A stretch of 55,720 nucleotides of DNA, from positions 1-55,720 of IMG/VR virus record IMGVR_UViG_3300022685_000009; one strand, written 5' to 3'. This document shows positions 1 through 8,799 of this stretch, piece by piece. This DNA comes from a virus (taxonomy: Duplodnaviria; Caudoviricetes). Within the stretch, counting starts at the first letter, position 1, and every line of letters starts with the position of its first letter. A model generated the notes under the pieces. It searched no databases. It had not been told where the DNA came from and saw nothing but the letters and a program-made list of their open reading frames with translations. The position numbers and the translations under genes were made by a program.

Positions 1-60
1 CCCAACTCCCGCGACGGTTACCGCAAGCACATCGCGTTCTTCAACGCCGGACGTGATTAT
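1..60. repeat. Terminal 60-bp direct repeat (identical to 55661-55720), circularisation overlap
   Basis: First and last 60 nt are identical, and the terL reading frame runs through the join. Confidence 0.95.
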
Positions 61-2367
61 CGCGAGCGGGTCATTTTTGGCGGAAATCGCACAGGAAAAG
101 CGCAACCACTACAAGAACTTGTAAGCACACCTTATGGCCCGACTAGAATGGGTGACTTGACTGTTGGAAGTCAAGTGACCGGCTCAAACGGGCGGCCTGT
201 TGTGGTCACGCACATACACCCGCAGGGTGAGCGAGAGGTGTGGCGCGTTACAACCAAAGATGGCTCAAGCACCCTGTGCGACAAGGAGCACTTGTGGCAG
301 GTGTCAACACGACGCGGAAAAGTTTATAGAGAAGAGGTTTTGCAAACAGACCAACTACGAGAGAACTTGGCGGCTCGCTCGTACTATCTACCGCCGCGTC
401 CGACTGTTCAGTACCAGTCTCGCGAGCTTTTGGTTGACCCGTATTTGCTCGGACTGCTTCTTGGGGACGGATCACTTACAGCCACACACTGCGCTCTAAC
501 CACGAAAGACGAGGAGCTGGCCGATTTTTGTGCTACGCAGGCTTCGTTGTGGGAGTGCGAGCTGCTGGCTCGCCCGCCTTATGGGTACCACTTCGCCACG
601 CTAATCTCTCCCGGAGGCCGGTGCCGCAACTTACTGACTGACGCTTTGCGAGCGTTGGGGGTGCATGGCTGTAACAGCTACCAGAAGTTCATCCCTGACG
701 AGTACAAGTATTCGCAGCCGCACGAACGACTGGCGGTTTTGCAGGGGCTCATGGACACAGACGGTACTATATCGACCGCTGGCACCCACGCGAGTTTTTC
801 CACGTGTTCACGTCGCCTCGCCGACGACTTTTTGCATTTGGCTCGCAGCCTTGGCTTGTACGCCAGCTTGGCGCAAAAGCGTGGAACCTATAAGCACCGG
901 GAGCGTTTGTCGTGGCGCGTGACACTGTACACCCAAAACGAGGTTCCTCTGTTCCGGCTTCGTCGTAAACTTGAGATTCAGCAGGGTTACACCGCCGCGC
1001 CTAACAAGGTGCTACGAGGGTCTCGTGTGGTGTCCGTTGAGTATGTTGGTGAAATGGAGTGCCAGTGTATTACGGTAGACTCGCCAGACCACTTGTATTT
1101 GACGGCGGAGTTTCTACCAACACACAACTCGGTCGCTGGCGCCACGGAAGTCGCTTACCACCTGACCGGCCTCTACCCCCACTGGTGGAAAGGCAAGCGG
1201 TTCAATCGCCCGATTCAGGCGCTGGCCTGCGGCAAGGAAGGCAAACTGACGCGAGACACCGTGCAGCAGATTCTGCTGGGCAAGCCGGACGAGTTTGGAA
1301 CCGGGCTGATTCCCGGCAACTGCCTCGACCGGGAGCGGTGCACGTCCTCTCGCGCAGCCGCCGGCTTGTTTGACGGGGTGCAGGTGAAGCACAAAGCTGG
1401 CGGTTGGTCGATGCTAAGGTTGAGGTCTTACGATCAGGGCCGAACCGCCTTCGAAGGCACGGAGCGAGATGTCGTCTGGGAGGACGAGGAGGCTCCGCAG
1501 GACGTGCACAACGAGAACCTCATGCGGACGATGACCACCAACGGCATTGTGCTCAACACGTTCACGCCGCTGAAGGGCGAGACGCCGCTGGTCCGCGACT
1601 TGCTTAACAGGGCTGAGGAAGGAACCGTCTTTAGCATTAACGTCTGGTGGGACGACGTAGGTCACATCACGCCGGAAATGATCGAAGACATGAAAGGGCG
1701 TTACCCCAAACACGAGATTCGCGCTCGCAGATTTGGAGAGCCTCAGCTCGGGTCAGGCGCGATTTTTACCGCTGACGAAGACAGCTTCGTTATCCGGCCT
1801 ATGGACTTGCCGGATTACTGGCCTCGGATTTACGGCCTTGATTTCGGCTGGACTCACCCCACCGCTGCTGTTTGGGGCGCCCACGACCGCGAGACGGATA
1901 CCCTGTACGTTTACTCGGAGCATTGCCAGTCGAAGGCGGAGGTTCCGATCCACGTTCAGGCCATTAAGATGCGGGGCGATTGGATCACGGGAATCTCTGA
2001 GACGGCGGGCACCAGCCAAGCGGACGGCAAGCGCATGATTGACTTGTACAAGGCGCACGGCCTAAAGCTGAAGAAGGTGATGAAGGGGGCGGGCAGTGTC
2101 GAGTCCGGCATAATGCGGCTTCAGGAGCGGTTCGCTTCGGGCACACTTAAGATTATGGAGACTTGCCCGATGCTGATCTCCGAACTTCGCCGCTACCACC
2201 GCAACGAGAAAGGGTCGGTGGTGCCGCAGAACGATGACCTCATCGACGCAATGCGATACATGGAGAGCGGCCTGAAGTATGCTAAGACCCGCACCGAAGC
2301 CCGTGGCGCCCTGTCGGGAGGGAATGTTCGGGAAGTTAATTTCTGGAGGCGAGGACTCAATGGCTGA
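1..2367 (+). CDS. terL: Terminase large subunit, main part (starts at TTG 55508 and continues across the join); intein-containing
   Basis: Frame is open from base 1; Walker A GGNRTGK|S is split by an intein; Walker B VWEDEE; nuclease motifs GLDFGWTHP and DDLIDAMRY; lies between terS and portal. Confidence 0.92.
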   Translation, partial: PNSRDGYRKHIAFFNAGRDYRERVIFGGNRTGKAQPLQELVSTPYGPTRMGDLTVGSQVTGSNGRPVVVTHIHPQGEREVWRVTTKDGSSTLCDKEHLWQVSTRRGKVYREEVLQTDQLRENLAARSYYLPPRPTVQYQSRELLVDPYLLGLLLGDGSLTATHCALTTKDEELADFCATQASLWECELLARPPYGYHFATLISPGGRCRNLLTDALRALGVHGCNSYQKFIPDEYKYSQPHERLAVLQGLMDTDGTISTAGTHASFSTCSRRLADDFLHLARSLGLYASLAQKRGTYKHRERLSWRVTLYTQNEVPLFRLRRKLEIQQGYTAAPNKVLRGSRVVSVEYVGEMECQCITVDSPDHLYLTAEFLPTHNSVAGATEVAYHLTGLYPHWWKGKRFNRPIQALACGKEGKLTRDTVQQILLGKPDEFGTGLIPGNCLDRERCTSSRAAAGLFDGVQVKHKAGGWSMLRLRSYDQGRTAFEGTERDVVWEDEEAPQDVHNENLMRTMTTNGIVLNTFTPLKGETPLVRDLLNRAEEGTVFSINVWWDDVGHITPEMIEDMKGRYPKHEIRARRFGEPQLGSGAIFTADEDSFVIRPMDLPDYWPRIYGLDFGWTHPTAAVWGAHDRETDTLYVYSEHCQSKAEVPIHVQAIKMRGDWITGISETAGTSQADGKRMIDLYKAHGLKLKKVMKGAGSVESGIMRLQERFASGTLKIMETCPMLISELRRYHRNEKGSVVPQNDDLIDAMRYMESGLKYAKTRTEARGALSGGNVREVNFWRRGLNG
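100..1128 (+). mobile_element. Intein (343 aa) with LAGLIDADG homing endonuclease, class 3 type
   Basis: Begins AQPL after GK and ends PTHN followed by Ser; block B EHLW; block F QCITV; endonuclease motifs LLGLLLGDG and LQGLMDTDG. Confidence 0.9.
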
Positions 2368-4849
2368 AAAAGCACCAAAAGTACCCACAGAGCGCGAGCT
2401 AAGGGAAAACGAAGAGCGCCGCGATCGGATGTTCTCCGCGCTGGCGAGTAACCTCGACCGCCAGCTCGGCGTAGCCCTCTCGGACAAGACGGTCACCGAG
2501 GCCCGCATGCTCGCTGACGAGGCGCAGTACTGGGGCGTGTCCGGCCAGATCGACAAAGAGGATGTCGCCGAAGGTCGTAGCAACACCACGCGCCCGAACA
2601 GTTCGATGCCGGTGGACAACAAGACCCGCTCCAAGACCCGCATCGCCGCTTCCCGAATTGGAGACATGCTGTTCCCGACCAACGCCCCCAACTGGGACAT
2701 GCGTCCGACGCCGTACCCCGACGTGCCGATCAAACTTCTCATGGAGGAGTACGAGGCCCAGATGGCCGCTGAGCAGCCCATCATGGAGCCGGGCATGGAG
2801 CCGGGCATGGAGCCGGGCATGGAGCCGGGCATGGAGCCGGGCATGGAGCCGGGCATGGAGGTTGAGGGCGTGGCGCCCGAAGCTTTGCAGCCGCTGGCCC
2901 CTCAAGCGCCGGCTGGCCCGCCTCCTGATTACGCGAAGTTGGCTTTGAAGGTGGCGACCAAACGTTGCCGCCGCATGCGCCAGCTCATTCGAGACGTGTT
3001 GACAGAGAACGACTACAACCGCATCGGGCGGCAGGTCATCATGGACGGCTGCAAGGTTGGCACCGGGGTCATCAAGGGACCGTACGTCACGTACACCACC
3101 AAGCGTAGTTACGAGCAGGTAGAGGACGAAGACGGCACACTTGCCGTGGTCAAGATTGAGCGGAAGACCATTCCCGGTGTCAGCCGGGTCTCACCGTGGA
3201 ACTTCTTCCCCCAACGCGCTTGCTCTATCGAAGACGCGGAGCATGCTTTCGAACTGCACACGCTCAACCGAACCCAACTGCTTCAGATGGTGGAATCGCA
3301 CGGGTTTTTTCCCCGGCAGGTATCCAAACTCCTTCAAATGAGGCCCACGCTCGGGAAAGTTCAGAGCGTGCTGGAGCAGCGAGCTACGATCACGAACTAT
3401 TCCATGCAGCGGTACGAGAACATGTACGCCGTGTGGGAGTACCACGGCCTCATCGACATCGAACTGCTAGAGGAGATGGGCTTCGAAGTCCCCGAGGAAG
3501 AAGACGGGATGCAGAACCTCAAGAGCATGATGGGTTCCGTCTGGTTCTGCGAGGGTGAAATTCTCAGGGTGGACATGGCCCCGATCGAGGCAACCTCCCG
3601 CCTTCCGTATCAGGTCTGGAACTACGAAGCGGATGAAACCAACATCTTCGGGTTTGGCGTGCCCTACATCATGCGTGACGACCAAGCCGTCATCGACATG
3701 GTCTGGTCTGCCATACTCCACAACACGGCGGTGTCCGCCGGGCCGCAGATGGCGATCGAGAAGGGGGTGATCACCCCCGCCGATGGCAACTTTGCGATCA
3801 AGGGGCCGAAGCTCTGGTACAAGAACGACGTAGACGTACCGATGGCTCAGGCCATGGAAGCGTTCGTCGTTCCCAACACGCTGTCAAACACCATGCCCGT
3901 TTACCAGCAGGCGCAAGCGAACGCTGACGAGAACACCATGCTTCCGCACATCTTGGGCACGAGTCAGGCCAAGGGGCAGGAGGGCGGCGCGTCCGGCATG
4001 GCGCACGTGGCGATGATGAACCAATCCAACATCGTGCAGCGACAGGCCGCGCACCAGTGGGACGACAACATCACCGACCCCCTCATCTCCGCCTTGTACC
4101 AGTGGTTCATGGAGAGTGGTGAGTCGGAAGCTGTAGAAGCCCACGGGGACTACGAGGTTGAGGTGCGGGGCGCCAGCCATCTTCTGGTCAAGGACACGCA
4201 GGCTCAGCACGTGCAGCTCCTGATGCAGATGGCAGCCAGCGATCCGAACATGGCCGCACAGTTGAACATGAACGACATCTATCGGTTGTATCTGACGTTC
4301 CTCGACGTGCCGGTAGACACTCTCATTAAGACCCCCGAGGAAGTAGAAGCTGAGCAAGCCAACCAACAACCAGACCCCTTTGTGCAAGCCGAACTTTCTC
4401 TCAAACAGGCTCAAGCGGAAGCTGCTGGCGCGAAGGCGCAGGCTGACATAGCTCGTGCTGAAGCGGACCAGATGCGAGCGCAAGCGACGCTGATGGAGGC
4501 CCAGAAGGGGCAGAGCATGGACGTGCTTGATCACAGCGAGGTCATGGCGCTGGAGCTACGTTACGCGGAGATGCGCGACAAGCAGAACGACCGCGACCTA
4601 CAGCTCCAGCTCAAGCTTATCGAGCGCGAAACCAAGCTGACCGAGATCGCCGCAAAGCAGGGTCTGGAGTACGACAAACTACAGGCCAAGATTCAGAGCG
4701 ACCGGGAGCGTGCGCTCGCCGACCTTCAGATCACGGAGTCGCAGACGCAGTCGAAGGACTACTTCGACGCCGCTCGACTGAGGCTCGACCAGTACAAGGA
4801 AGAGCTGAGAACTCGCAACCTCCAGAAGGGGTTTGACTCCTTTGGCTGA
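2360..4849 (+). CDS. Portal protein
   Basis: Follows terL; ATG 2360 preceded by GGAGGCGAGGA; GTGVIKGP, VSPWNFFP and GFGVPYIMRDDQ motifs typical of podovirus portals; coiled-coil C-terminus. Confidence 0.8.
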   Translation: MAEKAPKVPTERELRENEERRDRMFSALASNLDRQLGVALSDKTVTEARMLADEAQYWGVSGQIDKEDVAEGRSNTTRPNSSMPVDNKTRSKTRIAASRIGDMLFPTNAPNWDMRPTPYPDVPIKLLMEEYEAQMAAEQPIMEPGMEPGMEPGMEPGMEPGMEPGMEVEGVAPEALQPLAPQAPAGPPPDYAKLALKVATKRCRRMRQLIRDVLTENDYNRIGRQVIMDGCKVGTGVIKGPYVTYTTKRSYEQVEDEDGTLAVVKIERKTIPGVSRVSPWNFFPQRACSIEDAEHAFELHTLNRTQLLQMVESHGFFPRQVSKLLQMRPTLGKVQSVLEQRATITNYSMQRYENMYAVWEYHGLIDIELLEEMGFEVPEEEDGMQNLKSMMGSVWFCEGEILRVDMAPIEATSRLPYQVWNYEADETNIFGFGVPYIMRDDQAVIDMVWSAILHNTAVSAGPQMAIEKGVITPADGNFAIKGPKLWYKNDVDVPMAQAMEAFVVPNTLSNTMPVYQQAQANADENTMLPHILGTSQAKGQEGGASGMAHVAMMNQSNIVQRQAAHQWDDNITDPLISALYQWFMESGESEAVEAHGDYEVEVRGASHLLVKDTQAQHVQLLMQMAASDPNMAAQLNMNDIYRLYLTFLDVPVDTLIKTPEEVEAEQANQQPDPFVQAELSLKQAQAEAAGAKAQADIARAEADQMRAQATLMEAQKGQSMDVLDHSEVMALELRYAEMRDKQNDRDLQLQLKLIERETKLTEIAAKQGLEYDKLQAKIQSDRERALADLQITESQTQSKDYFDAARLRLDQYKEELRTRNLQKGFDSFG
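2783..2860 (+). repeat. Perfect 12-bp tandem repeat ATGGAGCCGGGC x6.5 (MEPG)
   Basis: Directly visible. Confidence 0.95.
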
Positions 4850-4869
4850 CAACACGTTGGAAATGTGCG

Positions 4870-5064
4870 ATGCTTGACAAACACAACCCCTCCGTCGTCA
4901 AGTTTAGAGAGGAGGTGGAGGAGCAGATTAAGACTCATCGGGATGCTCTGGAAAGACCGGGCAAGTCCGCTGAGCAGTACGACATCCACCGGGGGCAGGT
5001 AAAAGCCTTTCGGTGGGTTTTACAAACCATCACTCCAGAAGAGGAAAACTCGTTCGATGTCTGA
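4870..5064 (+). CDS. Small hypothetical protein (64 aa) between portal and scaffold
   Basis: In operon, overlaps next start; YDIHRGQVKA resembles the small post-portal proteins. Confidence 0.65.
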   Translation: MLDKHNPSVVKFREEVEEQIKTHRDALERPGKSAEQYDIHRGQVKAFRWVLQTITPEEENSFDV

Positions 5065-6115
5065 AGCAGCAAAACGGCAGGAGCCAATACCCGAAGACGA
5101 AGAATTCCTGTCTGATGAAGACCTGTTCGAACGCGCGTATCAAGAAAAGCATGGCGCATCGACTCCACAAGATGCCGAAGAACGCGATGCGGGTGCTGCT
5201 AAACCCGAGGGCTCTCGTGAGCCTGAATCGGAAGAACCTCAACCACGCGAAGGGGAGTCCAGTTCGCGTGGTGATGACGAAACCGCCGAGGATGACACCC
5301 CGGCATGGTTGAATGAACTGCCGGACGAGGCTCGTGACGAGTACATCCGGCAGCAGCAAGAACTTACCAACCTGCGGAACCAGTACAACTCGGTTCACAA
5401 CAGGTTGGCACCAGTCCAACAGGAAAACGCGCGACTTCGTCAGCAGCTTTCGGGAAAAAACCCGTCACCTGCAAACGGACAGAACTCGCAAGCGGCTCCG
5501 GTTGGTCAGTCGCAGTCTCCGGTCAAGTTTTCGCTGGACGATGTCGAGGAGTTCAAGGAATTCCGTGATTCGTTTCCAGACGAAGCCAAGGCCATGGAGG
5601 CTGCTTTAGCTCGGCAGGCCCAGTACGTAGGAAACTTGGAAAGCCAACTTTCCGAAGTGCGTCAGGGGATGCAGACCATACAGCGATCTTCTTACGAGAC
5701 CGCACGCCAGAACGAACTTCAGCGCCTGTCGGAGGCACACCCCGACTGGGCCACGGTTCGGCCATCCGAAGACTTCAACGATTGGCTGGAGACCCAGCCA
5801 GAGAGCGTCGCCCAGTTGGCGAGCTCCGCGAAGGCTGAGGACTGCATCTGGGTGCTCGATCGTTACAAGATGGATGTGTATCTGTACCAGCAGACTCAGA
5901 ACGGTGAGCAGGCTGGGCAATCCCCCGATCGGGACAGTCGAGCACAGCAGACGCGCGAGCGTCGGCAGCGTCTACGGTCTGTGCCCAATCCCCATCCCCA
6001 ACAGGATGGAGGTGTCGGCGCCCCTCAGATGGGGGGTGTCGCCATGTCTGACGAAGACATTTGGGCGCAGGAAGTGGAGCGCCGATTGCGAGCGCAACGC
6101 CAAGCCAATCGTTAA
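5057..6115 (+). CDS. Capsid scaffolding protein (putative)
   Basis: Acidic, coiled-coil, HPDW..V..S.DF..W motif; directly upstream of capsid gene. Confidence 0.7.
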   Translation: MSEAAKRQEPIPEDEEFLSDEDLFERAYQEKHGASTPQDAEERDAGAAKPEGSREPESEEPQPREGESSSRGDDETAEDDTPAWLNELPDEARDEYIRQQQELTNLRNQYNSVHNRLAPVQQENARLRQQLSGKNPSPANGQNSQAAPVGQSQSPVKFSLDDVEEFKEFRDSFPDEAKAMEAALARQAQYVGNLESQLSEVRQGMQTIQRSSYETARQNELQRLSEAHPDWATVRPSEDFNDWLETQPESVAQLASSAKAEDCIWVLDRYKMDVYLYQQTQNGEQAGQSPDRDSRAQQTRERRQRLRSVPNPHPQQDGGVGAPQMGGVAMSDEDIWAQEVERRLRAQRQANR

Positions 6116-6137
6116 CCACTTCTAAAGGAGACGGCAA

Positions 6138-7217
6138 ATGCCAACTCAAGTAGGGGGCGATACAGCCCGCCATTACGGAGGTGTAGACACGTACGGTAAC
6201 GGCTCGCCGACTGGCCCCGGTAACCGTACCAACGTCTACGCTGAACTCGACCTTCTGGAACGTGCGCGTCCCCAGCTTGTGCTGGACCTCGCATGTGACA
6301 AGAAGAACATCCCTGCCAACAAGGCGGAAACCATCGCATTCCGCCGCGCAGTCAACGCTGCGGTCAGCACCACGACCGTCACCGAAGGTGTGAACCCGGC
6401 CAGCCGGGGTCTCGCATACGAGGACGTGACCGGCACGCTCGGCGAGTACGCCGAGATTTACGAGATCACTTCTCGTATGCGTGAGCTGGGTGAAGACAAC
6501 GCCATCCGCGACTCCTCCGATGTTTTGGCCGATCTGGTCGCCAACATCAAGGAAGCTGTGTCGTGGGCTGCCTTCATCCAAGGCGCAAACGTGCTGTACG
6601 CTGGCGGCGTTGCCAGCCGTGACACGGTGGTCGCACCGATCAGCCTCGGCGAATTTCAGGAGTCCGTGCGATCCCTGATGGCCGCCAAGGCGCATCGCTT
6701 CACCACGGTCGATCACGGTGGTCTGAACGAGAACACCTACCCGATCGAGGCGGCGTTCTATGCGTTCACCCACACGGACATGCAGCCGGACCTGCGCATG
6801 CTGCCGGGCTTCAAGACCACCGCCGAGTACGGAGCGAAGAAGATCGTCTCCGAGTACGAGTTCGGTGCGATCGAGAACGTCCGCGTCATGACCACGCCTC
6901 AGCTCACTCCGATCATCGACGCCGGCGGCTCGGGCGGAACCAACGTGAAGAGCACGAGCGGCACCGACGCCGACGTGTACATCACGCTGGTGTGCGGCAA
7001 GCACGCTTTGGGCTGTGTCGATCTGAAAGGTGCTGGCAAGAGTGGCTACGGTGGCGCGAAAATCAACGTGCTGTCCGGCGCTTCCAAGTCTGACCCGACG
7101 GATCAGCGGTCTTACGTCGCCTGCCGCTGGTGGGACTTGAAGATGATCCTCAACGACGAGTGGGTCGTGCGGATCGAGTCAGCCTGCACGGACGATCTGT
7201 CCCAGCTGTACGTCTGA
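6138..7217 (+). CDS. Major capsid protein, N4-gp56-like family
   Basis: Strong RBS AAAGGAG; TEGVNP, EFGAIENVR and KSDPTDQR motifs; highly biased codons. Confidence 0.85.
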   Translation: MPTQVGGDTARHYGGVDTYGNGSPTGPGNRTNVYAELDLLERARPQLVLDLACDKKNIPANKAETIAFRRAVNAAVSTTTVTEGVNPASRGLAYEDVTGTLGEYAEIYEITSRMRELGEDNAIRDSSDVLADLVANIKEAVSWAAFIQGANVLYAGGVASRDTVVAPISLGEFQESVRSLMAAKAHRFTTVDHGGLNENTYPIEAAFYAFTHTDMQPDLRMLPGFKTTAEYGAKKIVSEYEFGAIENVRVMTTPQLTPIIDAGGSGGTNVKSTSGTDADVYITLVCGKHALGCVDLKGAGKSGYGGAKINVLSGASKSDPTDQRSYVACRWWDLKMILNDEWVVRIESACTDDLSQLYV

Positions 7218-7226
7218 CGACAACCT

Positions 7227-7254
7227 GTTGGGAGGGGCACTTGCCCCTCCCAAC
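7227..7254 (+). terminator. GC-rich hairpin after capsid gene (terminator/attenuator-like, no U tract)
   Basis: GTTGGGAGGGGCA-CT-TGCCCCTCCCAAC. Confidence 0.55.
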
Positions 7255-7279
7255 GCACTGCTAAGGAGAAGCCATCCTC

Positions 7280-8032
7280 ATGGATTTGAACGAAGCCGCC
7301 GCGAATGAATTCGAAGGCGCTGACCTCGACGCTCTGCGCTCGTACTGCGACCGCTTGGGGGTTGAGTACCATCCCAACATGAACGCCAGCACTCTGCGTA
7401 AAAAGCTCACTGCTGCACTGGGGGAATACCGCGAGACTCACGGGGACGAAACCGAAGGTCTCAACGTTGCCAGTCAGCAGACCGCGATCAAAAAGCTGGT
7501 GAGCTACAACCTCAAGTCCACGGGGGCATGGGAAGGCAAGCGTCGAATGATCCGACTTCATCGGAGCATGAGCCACGACAACACCTCGCGACCGCAGTTT
7601 TTCGCGTGGGGCCGTCTGCACGTTTACGTGCCGTTCGGCCAAGACGTGGCGATTCCGTACCCGATCTGGAACATTCTCAAGGACACGACCGGCAAGCGGA
7701 TGGACCGCAAGCGGCGGGTTGACGAGGATGGCCGAATCCGGTTCGAAGAGGTGTGGGCGCCGACGGAGCGGTTCATGTACTCGGACATGGGTGACGACCC
7801 GGTAACCGCCGATCGTCCCGAGGACGAGATACAGCGGATTCGCATGTTGCACGACCTGACTGATGGCTTCAAAGGCTATGGTGAGCGGCAGTTTCGCGCC
7901 ATGTGCAACGCGCTCCACATCCGCACCGTTGAGGGTTGGTCACCGACCGACCACAAGAACGCGGTGCTGATGCGTATCGGCATGTCTGATACGCACGTGG
8001 ACTTGAGCACGCCGGAGGAAGCTGTCGCCTAA
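7280..8032 (+). CDS. Hypothetical head-associated protein
   Basis: RBS AAGGAG; 250-aa ORF in structural operon. Confidence 0.7.
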   Translation: MDLNEAAANEFEGADLDALRSYCDRLGVEYHPNMNASTLRKKLTAALGEYRETHGDETEGLNVASQQTAIKKLVSYNLKSTGAWEGKRRMIRLHRSMSHDNTSRPQFFAWGRLHVYVPFGQDVAIPYPIWNILKDTTGKRMDRKRRVDEDGRIRFEEVWAPTERFMYSDMGDDPVTADRPEDEIQRIRMLHDLTDGFKGYGERQFRAMCNALHIRTVEGWSPTDHKNAVLMRIGMSDTHVDLSTPEEAVA

Positions 8033-8042
8033 GTGAGGCGAC

Positions 8043-8798
8043 ATGACGTTTCTTGAACTCGTAAAGGCGCTGGCCCAAGAGACCGGCGTAGAGCTACAAA
8101 GTAAGATCGAGACGACTGTCGTCGCTCCCGCCGCCGGGTATGGCGAGACGAAGGAGCACGTCGGTCGTCTTGTTCGTTGGACTCAACGAGCGTGGCGAGA
8201 CATTCAGAACGACCAGCCGCTGTGGAACTTTATGAAGCGGACGGGCGTGATGCCGCTCGCGGAAGGCGAGACGACCTACGACATCAAGCAGATCGTAGAC
8301 GCCTCGCTGCCCGCTGGTTTTGAGGACTGGCAGTACGAGGAACTACTGCCGTGGGTCGCCTCGTTCGACGCTCGCTACATCTGGATGGTCAACGGCGCTG
8401 CGGAGGAACCCCAGCGGAACTTCTGCTACTACGTACCACCTGAGCGGTTTTTTGGCAGCATCTCCCGCTACAACGACCGCAACGAAGGGTTGCCCGGTCG
8501 CTTTACGTTCGACCCCGGTGGGCACATCGTTTTCGACAGCAAGCCCCCGAACGATGACCTGTACATCCGCTTCGACTACCGCGCTGTTCAGCACACCTTG
8601 CAGGACGACGCCGATGAGCCGCGCGGTCTGCCGGAAAAATTTCACGACTTGATCGTCTACGCCGCGATGGCGAAGAACGCGCGGTTCGACGAGTCTGGCC
8701 CGCAGATTCAGGAGTCCCGAAAGTTGTACCGGGACATGATGAACAAACTGCGCTTGGAGCAGCTCCCCGCTTACTCGTTGCCGGGGACGTACACCTGA
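8043..8798 (+). CDS. Head-tail adaptor / tail tubular protein A-like
   Basis: MTFLELV start, W.DIQ...WNFM and PEKFHDLIVY.A motifs; position. Confidence 0.7.
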   Translation: MTFLELVKALAQETGVELQSKIETTVVAPAAGYGETKEHVGRLVRWTQRAWRDIQNDQPLWNFMKRTGVMPLAEGETTYDIKQIVDASLPAGFEDWQYEELLPWVASFDARYIWMVNGAAEEPQRNFCYYVPPERFFGSISRYNDRNEGLPGRFTFDPGGHIVFDSKPPNDDLYIRFDYRAVQHTLQDDADEPRGLPEKFHDLIVYAAMAKNARFDESGPQIQESRKLYRDMMNKLRLEQLPAYSLPGTYT

Positions 8799-8799
8799 C

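Noticed and set aside
1-60. 60-bp terminal repeat as a biological DTR
   Set aside because: It lies mid-terL; better explained as an assembly/circularisation overlap
2279-2359. Upstream portal start given in the ORF track (similar extensions at 31698, 32053, 32743, 33863, 30085, 43031, 45091)
   Set aside because: Downstream starts have an RBS and stop-start coupling
7258-7265. Half-site CTGCTAAG after the capsid hairpin (also CTGCTTAGCAG at 16479)
   Set aside because: Incomplete motif; could be chance or RBS-derived
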